Below, one piece after another: positions 24,801-37,061 of a stretch of 64,000 nucleotides of DNA (position 1 is the first letter of the stretch; each line of letters opens with the position of its first letter). Under the pieces are notes generated by a model that had not been told where the DNA came from, ran no database searches, and saw only the letters and a program-made list of their open reading frames with translations. The stretch comes from Octopus sinensis. Its lineage: Eukaryota. Both the position numbers and the translations under genes were made by a program. The DNA lies in contig NC_043001.1 in assembly GCF_006345805.1 (NCBI RefSeq), positions 67,208,001 to 67,272,000 of the forward strand, read 5' to 3'.

Positions 24801-25780
24801 GAGGAAAGAGAAGTAAGGACTATAAATTAAGTTCTGTGTTGGATGTTAACAGTTGCAATGTAATCTCTCACAGGAAAAGGAGGGAGAGGGAAGTAGATTT
24901 ATGTAACTTTATACATATCTTATTATTGAAGTGCTTGGCCCTTCCTAAAGCCAACCACTTTACAGAGAACACCCAGCACACTCTGTAAAATGATTGGTGC
25001 TAGGAAGGGCATCCAGCTGTAGAAACCAAGCCAAAACAGACTATGTAGCCTTGTGTGGGCCCTAGCTTGGCTAGTGTCTGTCAAGCTATCCAATCCATGC
25101 CAGCATGGAAAATGACTGTTAAATGACGATGATGATATTATACGTTGTATGATTAATTTCTTAATTTTAAACTATCATGTCCTACTGTGTTGCTACATAA
25201 TATAATTAGAAGTAAATTTGATGTTCCATGATTTGTTCTTTGAGAATTCTGTGAATCATTTTCTAAAAAAGTTGTGTGACACTGTTGTAAACATTTGAAA
25301 TAAAATAATGGAAACAAAAGTACATTATTATATAAAAATAATTATATTATTCTTTTGTCTGTTTTAAATCCATTTTTTATACTTGAATGGTAAAGTGGAT
25401 TTAAAAAAACAATTTTTAAGCAAATTGTTTTAAATTTGCTTGGAAATTTTTTTTTTCTGCCAAGCACCAAACAGTGAAGAAAAATTGACCCATCCCACTC
25501 TTTTTTTCTGTTACTCTTCAATCAAGAAATTTGCAATTAAGTAGAACAAGGTACCCTGTTTATGACACTACACTATTATAATACCAAGATTTCAAACTAC
25601 AATCATGCATCTAATTGCCAGCATGGAAAACAGATGTAAAACAATAATAATGAAGTGGCTTGGATAAGTCCTCATGGATTGAGTCAGTTCTTATCTGAGT
25701 TACTGCCTTCTTAGATGCATCATGGACACCTCTCACTTGTATGGTTTCCAGCATGATTTCTATGGATGGATTCCCTTCTT

Positions 25781-25975
25781 ATTTCTTTATTGCCCAAAAG
25801 GGGCTAAATATAGAGGGGACAAACAAGGACAAACAAAGGGATTAAGTCGATTACGCCAAAAGGATGAAAGGTATAGTCAACCTTGACGGAATTTGAACTC
25901 AGAACGTAGCGGTAGACGAAATACTGCTAAGCATTTCGCCCGGCATGCTAACGTTTCTACCAGCTCACTGACTTA
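25781..25975 (-). mobile_element. tRNA-derived SINE family B (Nin/Deu-like core), CCCCT..AATAAAGAAAT tail variant; another copy at about 56800-56938 -
   Basis: Minus strand GAGCTGGTAGAAACGTTAGC..TTCTGAGTTCAAATTCC..CCTTTCATCCTTT..GTCCCCTCTATATTTAGCCCCTTTTGGGCAATAAAGAAAT; the Nin assignment is recalled, not searched. Confidence 0.7.
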
Positions 25976-26293
25976 GATAGATTCCCTTCTAATCATCAAC
26001 CACTTTACAGAGAGCATGTTATTATGGCACCAATGCTAAAGAGGTTGTCTTGTCCATAATGACAATAAAGAATCTTCTCTTCCCTTGTTGCTTCTGTTCA
26101 AGACAATGTGACCAAGTGGCTGAATAGAAGAAAGATTGATGATAGAGAGAGAATGAGGGTGAAAGAAGTGAGTGTATGTTGAGAGTAATAGAATAGCATG
26201 TCTGTTGTTGCCAGGGAATGAGTGGTACAAAAGGAGAGGAGAAAGTGATAGAGGGAGATGTGGTGGTGATAATCAGTGACTCATAAACAATTA

Positions 26294-26456
26294 CCGTATT
26301 TCAACATGTATAAGAAACCCTTTTTTTGTCAAAAAATTAGGTTAAAAACTATGTAAGTTTCTTATACAGGGATAGTACTATAATCCCTTACAAAACTATT
26401 TTTCCAAATTTTAATCTCCCCAAATTAGGGTGTTCCTTATACACATTAAAATATGG
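26294..26456. mobile_element. pogo/Tigger-type MITE
   Basis: TA|CCGTATTTCAACATGTATAAG ... CTTATACACATTAAAATATGG forms imperfect TIRs of about 21 bp. Confidence 0.65.
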
Positions 26457-26849
26457 TGGTTGATAACAAGTTAGGTTCAAATTTCACTGAAGGCATTAAG
26501 CTAAATTCTTCACTCTAGTCATTTTCATAATTTTACTTCATTTAAGGATTTTCCCATGCAGCATTAGTTTTGGCAGGAGAAAATAAAGTTGGATGCTTTT
26601 TGAATGTACCTTGTATGTATGCGTACCTAAAATATTTCATAGGTGGTTTTACATCAAAAGCATAATCATAATTTTACTTCATTTAAACTTCACCTCAGAC
26701 CATAATTCAATCCAATTAACTTACATCAAAGATAATCTGTAATTAGATCACATCTATTTTAAACAAAACAAAATATTCAAATTTAATAAAATCTAGAATA
26801 TATCTCACATCCTTGAAATTATGTTACAAATTTAATTTTTCTTGCTGGG

Positions 26850-27075
26850 CCTGGAGATAAGGGGGAGTGCCCATGATTTTTGCTAGTCCCCCTATGACCA
26901 GTAAGTATGATGCCATGAATGTTCCTCTTGAAATCAACAGCCTGTTCCTCTTGTAAGTTAACATCTGAGTGAAAGACAACCAGGGAGGGAATTCCAGAGG
27001 AGTGATGTTCTGGGAAGGAAGGATTGAGCATATTGATTAGTGTGGTGCCTGGGAGAAGGGGTGGTTGGAACAAGG
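26850..27075 (-). mobile_element. CR1/L2/Jockey-type LINE ORF2 extreme C-terminus fragment
   Basis: Minus frame SFLPRTSLLWNSLP followed by NLQ..FKRNI, a typical ORF2 terminal motif of these clades. Confidence 0.55.
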
Positions 27076-27702
27076 ATGATAAGAGAAGGAGAAATGAATG
27101 AGGTCCACCTCATTCCTTTAAGTTAAGTATTGAGGTCCACCTCAATACTTAACAGAAGATGGCATGAGCCTAGACAGCCCCAAGGAACAGATGCCATTAT
27201 AGTAGAGGTAGAAAAGGCAGAGAAAGAAGACTAAGTGCCTGTGGGTCATAGACTGACACATCTATGAGTAGCTTTTATGCCATTCAAGTGGCCCTTTTGT
27301 GGACGTAGTCTACAACGACTGTGTGTGCAGTAGCAGTTTCATTCTAGATGTGGGCATAATATTCCATTGTGCGCTTCATCTGGGCTTTGTAGAATATAAA
27401 CAATTGTTAGAGGAAAGGACTGAAGTTTCTTCTGGTCCTGAAGAGAATGGACAGTCACTGAGATGGACTCTTAAATATATTAAGAATATGTTTTCTCCAA
27501 GAAAGATCCTAAGTGATGGTGTGACCTAACATTTAGAATGATAGTAAGGGCTCAAATTGAGGACTAACCGTGATCAAGGGAGTGTTGCATAATGATGTTT
27601 TCTTGATGTATGGGGCTTTTGTAGATTTTTTTGGTGTGGAAATGAGACTGGCAATATGCTTTTGATGTAGAACCACCTATGAAATATTTTAGGCATGCAT
27701 AC

Positions 27703-28519
27703 ATACAAAGTGCATTCAAAAAGTCTCCAACTTTATTTTTCCCTGCCAAAACTAATGCTGCATGGAAAGAATCCTTATGGTGGGAGGTGATACCACCCTT
27801 ACTGTGCATGTGTGAAAATCTTTGCACCAGTAGGTTACACTTGTTCCCAGCTATTACGCCTAGAGTACATACATGTAGTGATCGTTCATCAGATTTTCAT
27901 ATTCATGCAAGATAACCAAATTCATTGAGCAGAGACCAGAGAGATTTTCATGTGAGAGTTGCTTCTGTTGCTCTGCTAGCACTTTGGGGATGAATTTCAA
28001 AGACTCCCCACATGCACAAATCCTCTATTAAAATGGAATGCACTGATCCTGTGCTTATTTCCATTTTGTGAGTAATTTCCTGGATTGTGATTTGACAGTC
28101 TTCCATGACTATTTACTGAACCTTCTTAACCAGCCCCCTCATACTGGCTTGTAGATGGCCTGCCTGAACATACCTCACTCACTACTGAAGTGCAACCATG
28201 TTTGAAGTGGTTGTACAACAGGCATAATCACCAAAGGCCAGCTGAATCTTCTGGATGGTTTGAGCTTGAGTATCACCAAGCTTTTGGCAAAACTTGATGC
28301 AATATCTCGGCTCAGTGTGTTCAGTGAAAGCAAAAATCTGATAAGCATGCACTACATATCTGTACTCTGAATGTAATAGCTGGGAACTGACACAGTCCAC
28401 CAGTACAAAAGTTTTCACACATGTGCAAGAAGAGTGGTGTCACTTCCCATCCAAAACGTTTTGCTAACACAGCATTAGTTTTGGCAGGAAGTTGGATAAT
28501 TTTATAATGCACCTTGTAT
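27703..28519 (-). mobile_element. Internally deleted mariner element with about 200-bp inverted ends
   Basis: TACAA(A/G)GTGCATT at both ends; minus frame EPRYCIKFCQKLGDTQAQTIQKIQLAFGD..SGRPST..ITIQEI (mariner HTH region); DDD domain absent. Confidence 0.8.
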
Positions 28520-29518
28520 GTGCATAAAATACTAAATAACTCAAGCTAACAAAGGAGCATCTATATGGTCTATAACTCAAGCTAACAAAGGAACATTTTG
28601 TTCTGCTAGAAGTAGCAGAAAATCTCCCTCAAATCATACACTATCACCTCAAAATCAAAGGCATATTGGATGATGTAATCTTGGATGCACTGTGCCTGAA
28701 AGGTAATGATGGTGGTCAGAACTGGAACATATTTGATGTTCAAGGATCAAGGATCAACCAACACATCAATAACAGCAAGTAGCAAAACTGGTTATTACTC
28801 TGAAGCAATTGCTAGGAATTCTGAGTTCACATTCCCCCTTTACTAACCATTTTATTATGTCTTGTTATGTTTACCTTGTCTAATAATATTTAATTGAATT
28901 ATACAATGTATTCTTTGAATTATTTTTAATTAATCAATATCTCATTAATCATTTGTATAAAAGAATTTGGGAAACAAAAATATCAATGAGCGGAAATACT
29001 TCAGGGATGTATTCATCATACTAAATACAAATGTGGTAGTCTCACTTATGTAATAGGATGTACTGAACATTTTCAAACAACTGAGATTATTTAGTCAATT
29101 ATTACATACAACCTCCCTTCATGTGTACTTCAAGCCTAAATATCAATAAGTAATGGAGATAACTAAGATGTTCATTGCTTTTACCTGCTGGCTTTGGCTC
29201 TAAGGCAGTGTATTTCTCTTGAAATACACTGCCTTTATTTTAATATTGAAAATAATTAATCATATGGATAATATCAGTTAAACTTTTTCAATCACTTTAT
29301 TACATACGTGAGACAGTAAAATAATTAGTTTAATGTCACTTTTTGCAAAATTAAAATGAAATTTTAAAAAATGTCAGATTACATTTTACAGATTACAGAT
29401 TACATTACAATGCCAGAAACACCATTGATGATGCATCCGAGAGTATCCAAGATATATCTTGGAATTAAGAAACTAAGAATGTATTTTAGCAAGACAAGGA
29501 ATATTAAGAAAAGCTTAC

Positions 29519-29869
29519 CCAAGACAAAGAGTGAGGCACCAACTTTCTCATCAGATATATTTAACATACAGGTGTAATTTCCAGCATCAGAGAAAGTCAC
29601 AGACTTAACATGCAGTTCATAACCATTTGATGTACTGTATTTATTCTCATTAATATTTAACTGTTGAATAAATTCCATCCGATGAATTTCAACTTCCAGA
29701 ATGGTTGTCGGTGCACCATTTAATGGTTGGAAACTCCAGGATATCAAAAATGGTTCCCAATCTCCTGGGCCTGAGAAGTTTGTGTCGTACACTTTGCAAA
29801 AGAAGGTCGTGTTTGATTTAACAGACACACCATGGTCTTTTGGTCCATCTATCACAAGGAATGCCAACA
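29519..29869 (-). CDS. Internal exon encoding one immunoglobulin (V/I-set-like) domain of a cell-surface or secreted IgSF protein
   Basis: Acceptor TTTTTGTTATTTACAG| at 29870 and donor |GTAAGC at 29518; 351 bp, phase 1-1; translation ..NTTFFCKV..LISWSF..YELHVKSVTFSDAGNYTCML..GASLFVL has the B-strand Cys, C-strand Trp and D-x-G-x-Y-x-C. Confidence 0.9.
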
Positions 29870-32740
29870 CTGTAAATAACAAAAACAACATAATTTAGTG
29901 GTATGTAAAGATTTTAATCATCTGTTTTTCTTTTTTTAAATTACTGGAAAATAATTATAAATGATAGATTATTCAAGTAAAATATATTAAGGAAAGTTTT
30001 TGAATAGATTCAATATCTATGATGGCACCACTCCCTATGTAGGTGCTACAGAAAAAGCACCCATGCTGGGCCATGTAAAAAGCATCTAGTACACTCTGTA
30101 AAGTGGTTGGCATTAGGAAGGGCATCCAGTTGTAGAAACCAAGTCAAATCAGACTGGAACCTGGTGCAGCTCTCCAGCTTGCCAGCTCTGATCAAACCAT
30201 CTAACCCATGTCACCATGGAAAATGGACGTTAAATGATGATGAGTGTGCTACCTATCATAAAATGGGTAACGTTGGAAGTATAGTTTTTGCTACCATGGA
30301 TATGAGGAAATAAAGTATAATTACAATAAGTATTCTTTAACTTTTTATTGAATTTCTTACAGCTTACACAAAATGATGAAATGAATGCTAATTTTTAAAA
30401 GTAAAAAATATTTATTATCTTAAATTATAATTAAAACAAATTTCTCATCTGCATAACTCCTCCCATAAATACACTGATATTTTACTCTCTTTCCTCATCC
30501 TTCCGCCAAGCCTCATATGTGCACCCATTCTTCACTTCTCCTTTTATGCTAACACTGTCTCTCTTTTACTCTCTCTCTCTGCTCTATAGGATGTAAAGTA
30601 TGACTGGAGAGACAAATGAACCAATCAACCAACATTTATACCATCATTATATCAAGATAAAAGGCAGTGAGCTGGCAGAATTGTTACCATATTGGACAAA
30701 AATGCTTAGCTGTATTTCTTCAAGCCTCTAGATTTTCAGTTGAAATTTTACCTTTCATCCTTTCAGGGTCAATAAAATAAGCATCAATTAAACAGTGGAA
30801 TCAATGTAATCAACTATGCTCTACCCCAAAAGTCCAGGCCTTGGGCCTATAATAGAAAAGATTACCATATAGAGATATTAGTTGGAAGAATTTATTCAAG
30901 TTGGAGTGGACTGTTTTCTTGTTCTATCTGGCAAATTAGAACAAGTAGAACTAAGTGACTTGCTTAGGGAGCACAAAATAAATGTTGCAATAGCAAAGTT
31001 TGATCTCATGTCCATTTAATTAAAAGAACCCCTTCTGACCTTTGAGTGAATGCAGTGTCACTTACTGTTGTAATTAATCAGACCATATCACCAGTTTACA
31101 TTTTACTTCCTTCCAAAGCAATCTATTTTTGCATTCTCTCTCCCAAGTGTCAAAGGTTTTCCAAAAAAGCCATAGTGGTGAGGGTTAACCTTCCTCTTCT
31201 GACTAAGCCATGTAACCCCCACCCCACCCTCTTGCAAAGCTATCATAAATAAAATAAGAATCTATAATGTACAGTGAGTCTATTAAAACCTACTTCCTGC
31301 AACTATATACTCATTTCTGAGAAATCGATATAATGTAATTCTTATTTGGAACAGTAAGTGAACTGTGATTAATTGGTTTTGAAAGATTCAGTTCTCTTCT
31401 TTGACAGAGTTGACCCTTTCTTTTAATGAAGAAAGAGTCTACTTGTAAGGAAGCAGCTCAAGACTTAAGTGTCAATTGGTGAATAATGTTTATGGCAGAC
31501 AATGACATTCACATTATGGTGTTAAAGTAAATAATATTGGTAGAAACAAAATATTCCTGAAAATCAATCAACAATTTTCTTTCACATTGATTTTTCATTT
31601 TGCAACATGACTGCAAATATACAAGGGCAGAATATAGTCAATTGGATTATTTATCATACTAGAACAGGAGTAGCCCATTTCACAGGTTTCCATACAGTTT
31701 CTAGCTACCAAACTTCACACACAAAGTATTGAACAATGCAAGGTTAGGAGACATTTGCCAAAGTGCCACAGAAAGAAAATGAATTTGAAAACACATGGAT
31801 GCCAAACAAACTTCTTAACCACTCAACTTTGCCTCTTAAAAGTCCAAGGAAACTAACAATGTTCTGTCAATTTAATGTCACAACATACATATTACTATGT
31901 TAGAGGAATTGTTATTATTTCAAAAATTTTATAAAGATGAATTAATTTCTTGACATTACTCATCAATCATCAATTAGTGCTGTTGATATGAGAATTAATG
32001 ATTGGTAAATTAATGTCATAATAGTCTTAATATAATGGAGAGAAGACCGCATTAGCTCAAATACTAATATTATTTCACTCTGATGTTGGCATGCATGGGG
32101 GACAATTTTAGGTATGTTTCAGCAAACAATGGTCTACCTTGTAATTGTCAGATTAGTGATAAGGGAAACACTATATTGATGTAGCATAATATACATAGGC
32201 GACCACTAAACATTAGCCGTTTGTAATATTCACAACTAATTAAAGCAACAATGCAATAATTGAGTTGTTCAACTTTTGGATGTCTGGTTCTTTGAGCACA
32301 ATAATCTCTTTTTTAGTTTGAAGATTTTCTTTTGATCAATAGCTTATTATAATTTTGACTATTTTCTTAAAATACTCAAAAACCACTTGAACTATGCTTT
32401 TGTATGAAGCTCTATCAGTTGTATATCACCTGCCATAAAACTGGAACTGTTAATCATTCTTTTCATTAAGATTTTATTTGCATAAAGCCACAAATCTCTT
32501 CAACTCCTCCTTCATATTATAGTAAATTGTTCTGTTTTCCTTCCTTACTTCTTTCCCATCCTCCTTTCTGTTTTATAAAACTGGCATTCATTATTAGACA
32601 TTTGGGGAAATCACAATCCTCTACATTGATTTCACCTTGGTTATTTAAATATTTTAACTATATTGTTGTTTTTTGAATATCTCAATAGCAACACACATAA
32701 GCATATACACAAATACATGCATGTATATTATATATATATG

Positions 32741-32787
<47 letters not shown>

Positions 32788-32817
32788 GCGAGAAAGAAGC
32801 AACAAGAATGGATAGGT

Positions 32818-32908
32818 TTTTAGTACAATCGTTTCATACAAGGACAGGCTTTATTAAAAGTTGTAAAAATTACAGCATATAAACGTGTCCCGTACTCATC
32901 AGCTAAAA
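32818..32908 (-). ncRNA. Type I hammerhead ribozyme (Neptune-like pLTR, inverted arm)
   Basis: Reverse complement of the motif at 33323-33413; intact core. Confidence 0.85.
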
Positions 32909-33322
32909 TACATGTGAGTTCTCTAGACATCCTAGTGGTTGAGGCTATACTCATGAAGTAATGTAGATAATTAAGTAACATAAACAGATTTCCAAGTTCA
33001 TTAAAGTTCTTTAAAGATGATGTACAGTCTTATCACAGAATTTTAAAAAAGTTTTAATAGCATCACAGAGAAGGTGACCTAATCCATAGTGCACATATGA
33101 ATTTCCAGAGATATGATGAGGGATTACATACTCACAGAAGACAAATTTATCCATTGTTAATCACAACGAGATTTTTAAATTTTTTTAAATTCTGTGATAA
33201 GACTGTACATCATCTTTAAAGAACTTTAATGAACTTTGGAAATCTGTTTATGTTACTTAATTATCTACATTACTTCATGAGTATAGCCTCAACCACTAGG
33301 ATGTCTAGAGAACTCACATGTA

Positions 33323-33413
33323 TTTTAGCTGATGAGTACGGGACACGTTTATATGCTGTAATTTTTACAACTTTTAATAAAGCCTGTCCTTGTATGAAAC
33401 GATTGTACTAAAA
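33323..33413 (+). ncRNA. Type I hammerhead ribozyme, predicted cleavage after 33407
   Basis: Stem I TTTTAG/CTAAAA, CTGATGA, extended stem II GTAC-GGGACA/TGTCCT-T-GTAT, GAAAC-GATT-GTA. Confidence 0.85.
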
Positions 33414-33704
33414 ACCTATCCATTCTTGTTGCTTCTTTCTCGCTTATAATCACCCCACATTACTGTATTGTTAAAACAGTATAGTTTTTTTTGGTGCATT
33501 TAAGTTAGGTACCATATTCAAGTGAATTCATTTAAATTAACTTGAATCTTTATTGCTTTTTGTATATATATATATATATATAAATAATCATCATTTAAAG
33601 TCCATTTTCCACATATATGAGTGTGTGTGTGTATGCACACATGCACACACACACATACACACACACACACAATTATTAGAAATCATTATTATCATTATTA
33701 TAAT

Positions 33705-34763
33705 TAAGGCTGTGAGCTAGCAGAATCATTAGGGCATCAGACAAAATACTTAGAGGCATTTTTTCCAGTTCTTTACATTCTGAGTTCAAATTCCTCTAAT
33801 GTCAATTTTGCCTCTCATCACTTTGGGGTAAATTTGTATGAGTCAGGTACTGGGAAAATGAAATCGGCTTAACTCCTGGAACTAAGATTTGAGCTAGCAG
33901 AAATGTTAGTGCAGTGGATAAAATGCTCAGCAGTGTTTCTTCCTGGTCTTTACATTCTAAGTTCAAATTCCAAAGTTGACTTTGCCCTTTCATCCAGATG
34001 AGCACTACAGTTGATGTTATTGACTAGCTACCTCCCTTAAAATTTCAGATCTTGTGCCTATAATAGAAAGGATTGTTACTACTATTGAGTGAGAGTCACA
34101 TACCATCAGATGCTGAGGTACAAATATACAAAGCCCAATATAACAATCACATCATCACATATTGTCAGCCACTAAGGAACATGCTCAAATGGTTATGGTC
34201 AAGCAACTGACAAGCAAATCTGTGGCATTGAGCAGAATATTTGTTGTAGCTCATCTTTTACACCAAGACAAAACCTAAACATGTTAACACTTCCAATCAG
34301 TTAAGATGAGAAGCCATGAGAATCACTATTAAGGCAGTGGGTTGACAAAATTGTTAGTGGCATTTCATTCATCTTAATGCTCTGAGTGCAAATTTCACCA
34401 AAGTCGACTTTGCTTTTCATCCTTTTGGGGTTGATAAAATAAGTAGCAGCTGAGCATTGGGGCCAATGTAATTGACTTAACCTCTCTCCCAAAACTGCAG
34501 ACCTTGTACCTTTAGTAGAAAAGATTATTATTATTATTACAAAGGGTAATAGATTGGCAGAATCATGAGATTGTCAGGCAAAATAACATGCAGTATTTGG
34601 TTACATGCAACCATGTTCAGAGTTATATCCTTCTCTGATCAATAAAATAAAGTATCAGAAAAATTTTAATCACTGATACACATCTAAAATGAGTGGCTTT
34701 GTGCCAACACTAGAAACTATCACCATCATTATATGATGGTCTTGTGCCTAAATTAGAAGCAAC

Positions 34764-34806
<43 letters not shown>

Positions 34807-35230
34807 CAAGGTGGTGAGCTGACAAAATTGTTAGCATACTGGGTAAGATGCTTAGAGCTATTTTGTCCACTATTACATTCTGAGTTCAAATCCTGCCAAG
34901 GTCGACTTTGCCTTTCATCCTTTCGGAGTTGATGAAATGAATATCAGTTGAGCATTGAGATTGATGTGATTAACTTACACCTTCCCTGAAATTTCTGGCT
35001 TTGTGCCAAAATGTGAAATCATCATCATCATCATCATTATTATTATTATTATTATTATTATTAAGGAGGTGAGTAAGAAAAATTCTTAGCACACTGGGCA
35101 AAATGTAGAGCGGCATTTTGTCCACCTTTGTGTTCTGAGTTTAAGTTTCATCCTTTCGAGGTCGATGTAATCAACTAATCCCCTACCCCAAATTTCAGGC
35201 CTTGTACCTATAATAGAAAGGATTATTATT
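33705..35230 (+). mobile_element. Cluster of about 5 co-oriented family B SINEs, plus another interspersed repeat (34085-34330), separated by (ATT)n tracts
   Basis: Heads AAGG(C/T)GGTGAGCT near 33707, 33890, 34330, 34809 and 35062 share the TTCTGAGTTCAAAT / CCTTTCATCCTTT core and AGAAAGGATTATTATT tails. Confidence 0.75.
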
Positions 35231-35714
35231 GTTATTATTATTATCATTATTATTATTATTATCATCATCACCATCATTATACAAACTCAGTAGGAAAACC
35301 TGACCGAACCACAGACTAGATGCAGTGGTGTATTTAGATAAAACCCTCTAAAACATCTAACAAAAAAGATCAACAAATGCACATTACACTTGATTATTGT
35401 AGGGGTCTACAAGATAATTACAGGTAATCTATTGAATAAGGGAGAGGTTAATTTGATTAATTACACTTCCCATCCCATTCATATTCTCTTAACCTTCTCC
35501 GTCTCCCCTTTTCTATCTCTCTCCCTCTTTCTCTTTCAAAATATATGTAACCTTATACTACCCAATGTAAAGAAAAATCAATATATTTGAAATGATGGTC
35601 TGTGTGCGTGTGTGTGTCTTTGGTCAAAGTAGCTGAACCACTTGAATCATTACATCTGGTCTCTCACCTCTTCCAACTTCCACATTAATACAACTATCAT
35701 TAGCAACAGATTTA

Positions 35715-35767
35715 AGATGGTGATGATGATGATAATAATAATAGTAATAACAATAATAATAATAATA

Positions 35768-35839
<72 letters not shown>

Positions 35840-35840
35840 T
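35715..35840. repeat. (AAT)n microsatellite
   Basis: Direct reading; explains the poly-I and poly-L ORFs. Confidence 0.95.
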
Positions 35841-37061
35841 TTGTATTAACAAAGTGAGCAATATGCAATGCACATTAGACAATATAAGTTTTAGTATTGA
35901 ATAAACAGGTTGTGTTATTGACCTTGGCTTCTGAACAAACACAGGATGAAATCCCAAACTGTAAGAGTGACACACAGACACTAAAATAAATTGCTCTTCT
36001 AGTATGAGTCAGTGAAACAGAGAATAGTGTTTGATTGATGTTTGGTGAAAAGCTGCCAAACAGGGAGCCGGATGAAGAGTGGGGAGGGAGGGAGAGTGAG
36101 AGAGAGAGAGAGAGTTGCTGTGTTCACTTAAGACAATAGTGATGATGATGATAGAGATAAAATATGGTTCATTAACAGACAAACTGCAGAAACATCCATT
36201 TTTGTTTTGGTGTAAAGAGAGGAGGAGCCGGGTCGGAGACCACGACCAAACCACTGACCATCACAAGATAACCAAGAATGATGAAATTGGTATAGCTGAC
36301 TGTCAACTTAACCAGCTACCAAATTAACAACTGAAGAGAAAGAGATGAAGGTAGGGAAGAAATTCCTGACTGGTGATGCTCTGGTGAGGAAGGATTGGTT
36401 ACAAAATGGTTTATTAGTAACCAGAATTAGGGAAGACATAATATGGATAATGAAAGAAGAGATACAAGTGTGATGGGTGTGACTGGGTAGAGGTAATACC
36501 TGAGGGTGGGTGGGGAAGTCAAATCAATAAAAAGAGTAGTTTGAAGATTAAAAGTCAGGGTTGTTGAATAATTCCATGAAAATCAAACAAGTAGTTTTTT
36601 TATGTGTGTATGGGGGGTGGGGGGTGCAGTCAAGGATGTATGAGGTAGTACCATTCTAAATATGAGAGCAGAATTTCTCTTTGGGTCTAACAACTTTGTT
36701 GCTCTTCTCCTGAGAAAAAAGTCATCTTTAAGGTTACCTCCATATGCTGGTGCTTAAGCCATATTTGATCTAGCAGACCTATAGTCAAAGACATTCTAGT
36801 TGTGATCATTCCATCTACTTTTTCTGTACTACATTATTTAATGTGTGTCGGTACATGCCTGTGTGATTATGAACATCTACTATTTATATATTCTAAAGTA
36901 TAGTTATGTTTGTGTGTGTGTGGAGGGGGTAGTGTGTAAATATATATTGTATTATTCAATTCTCTGTCTAAGGAATTTCTAATAGGAGATATCTTACATA
37001 TACAAATTTCTAATCCTGTTACAAAATAAAACACATAAATATATATATATATATACACACA

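Larger units (their letters stand above)
32788..33562 (+). mobile_element. Collapsed Neptune-like Penelope insertion: inverted arm (32788-33170) plus terminal pLTR and tail (33181-33562), inside (TA)n
   Basis: Near-identical to 59757-60136 and 62890-63272; forms a foldback with arms of about 260 bp; (TA)n on both sides. Confidence 0.9.
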
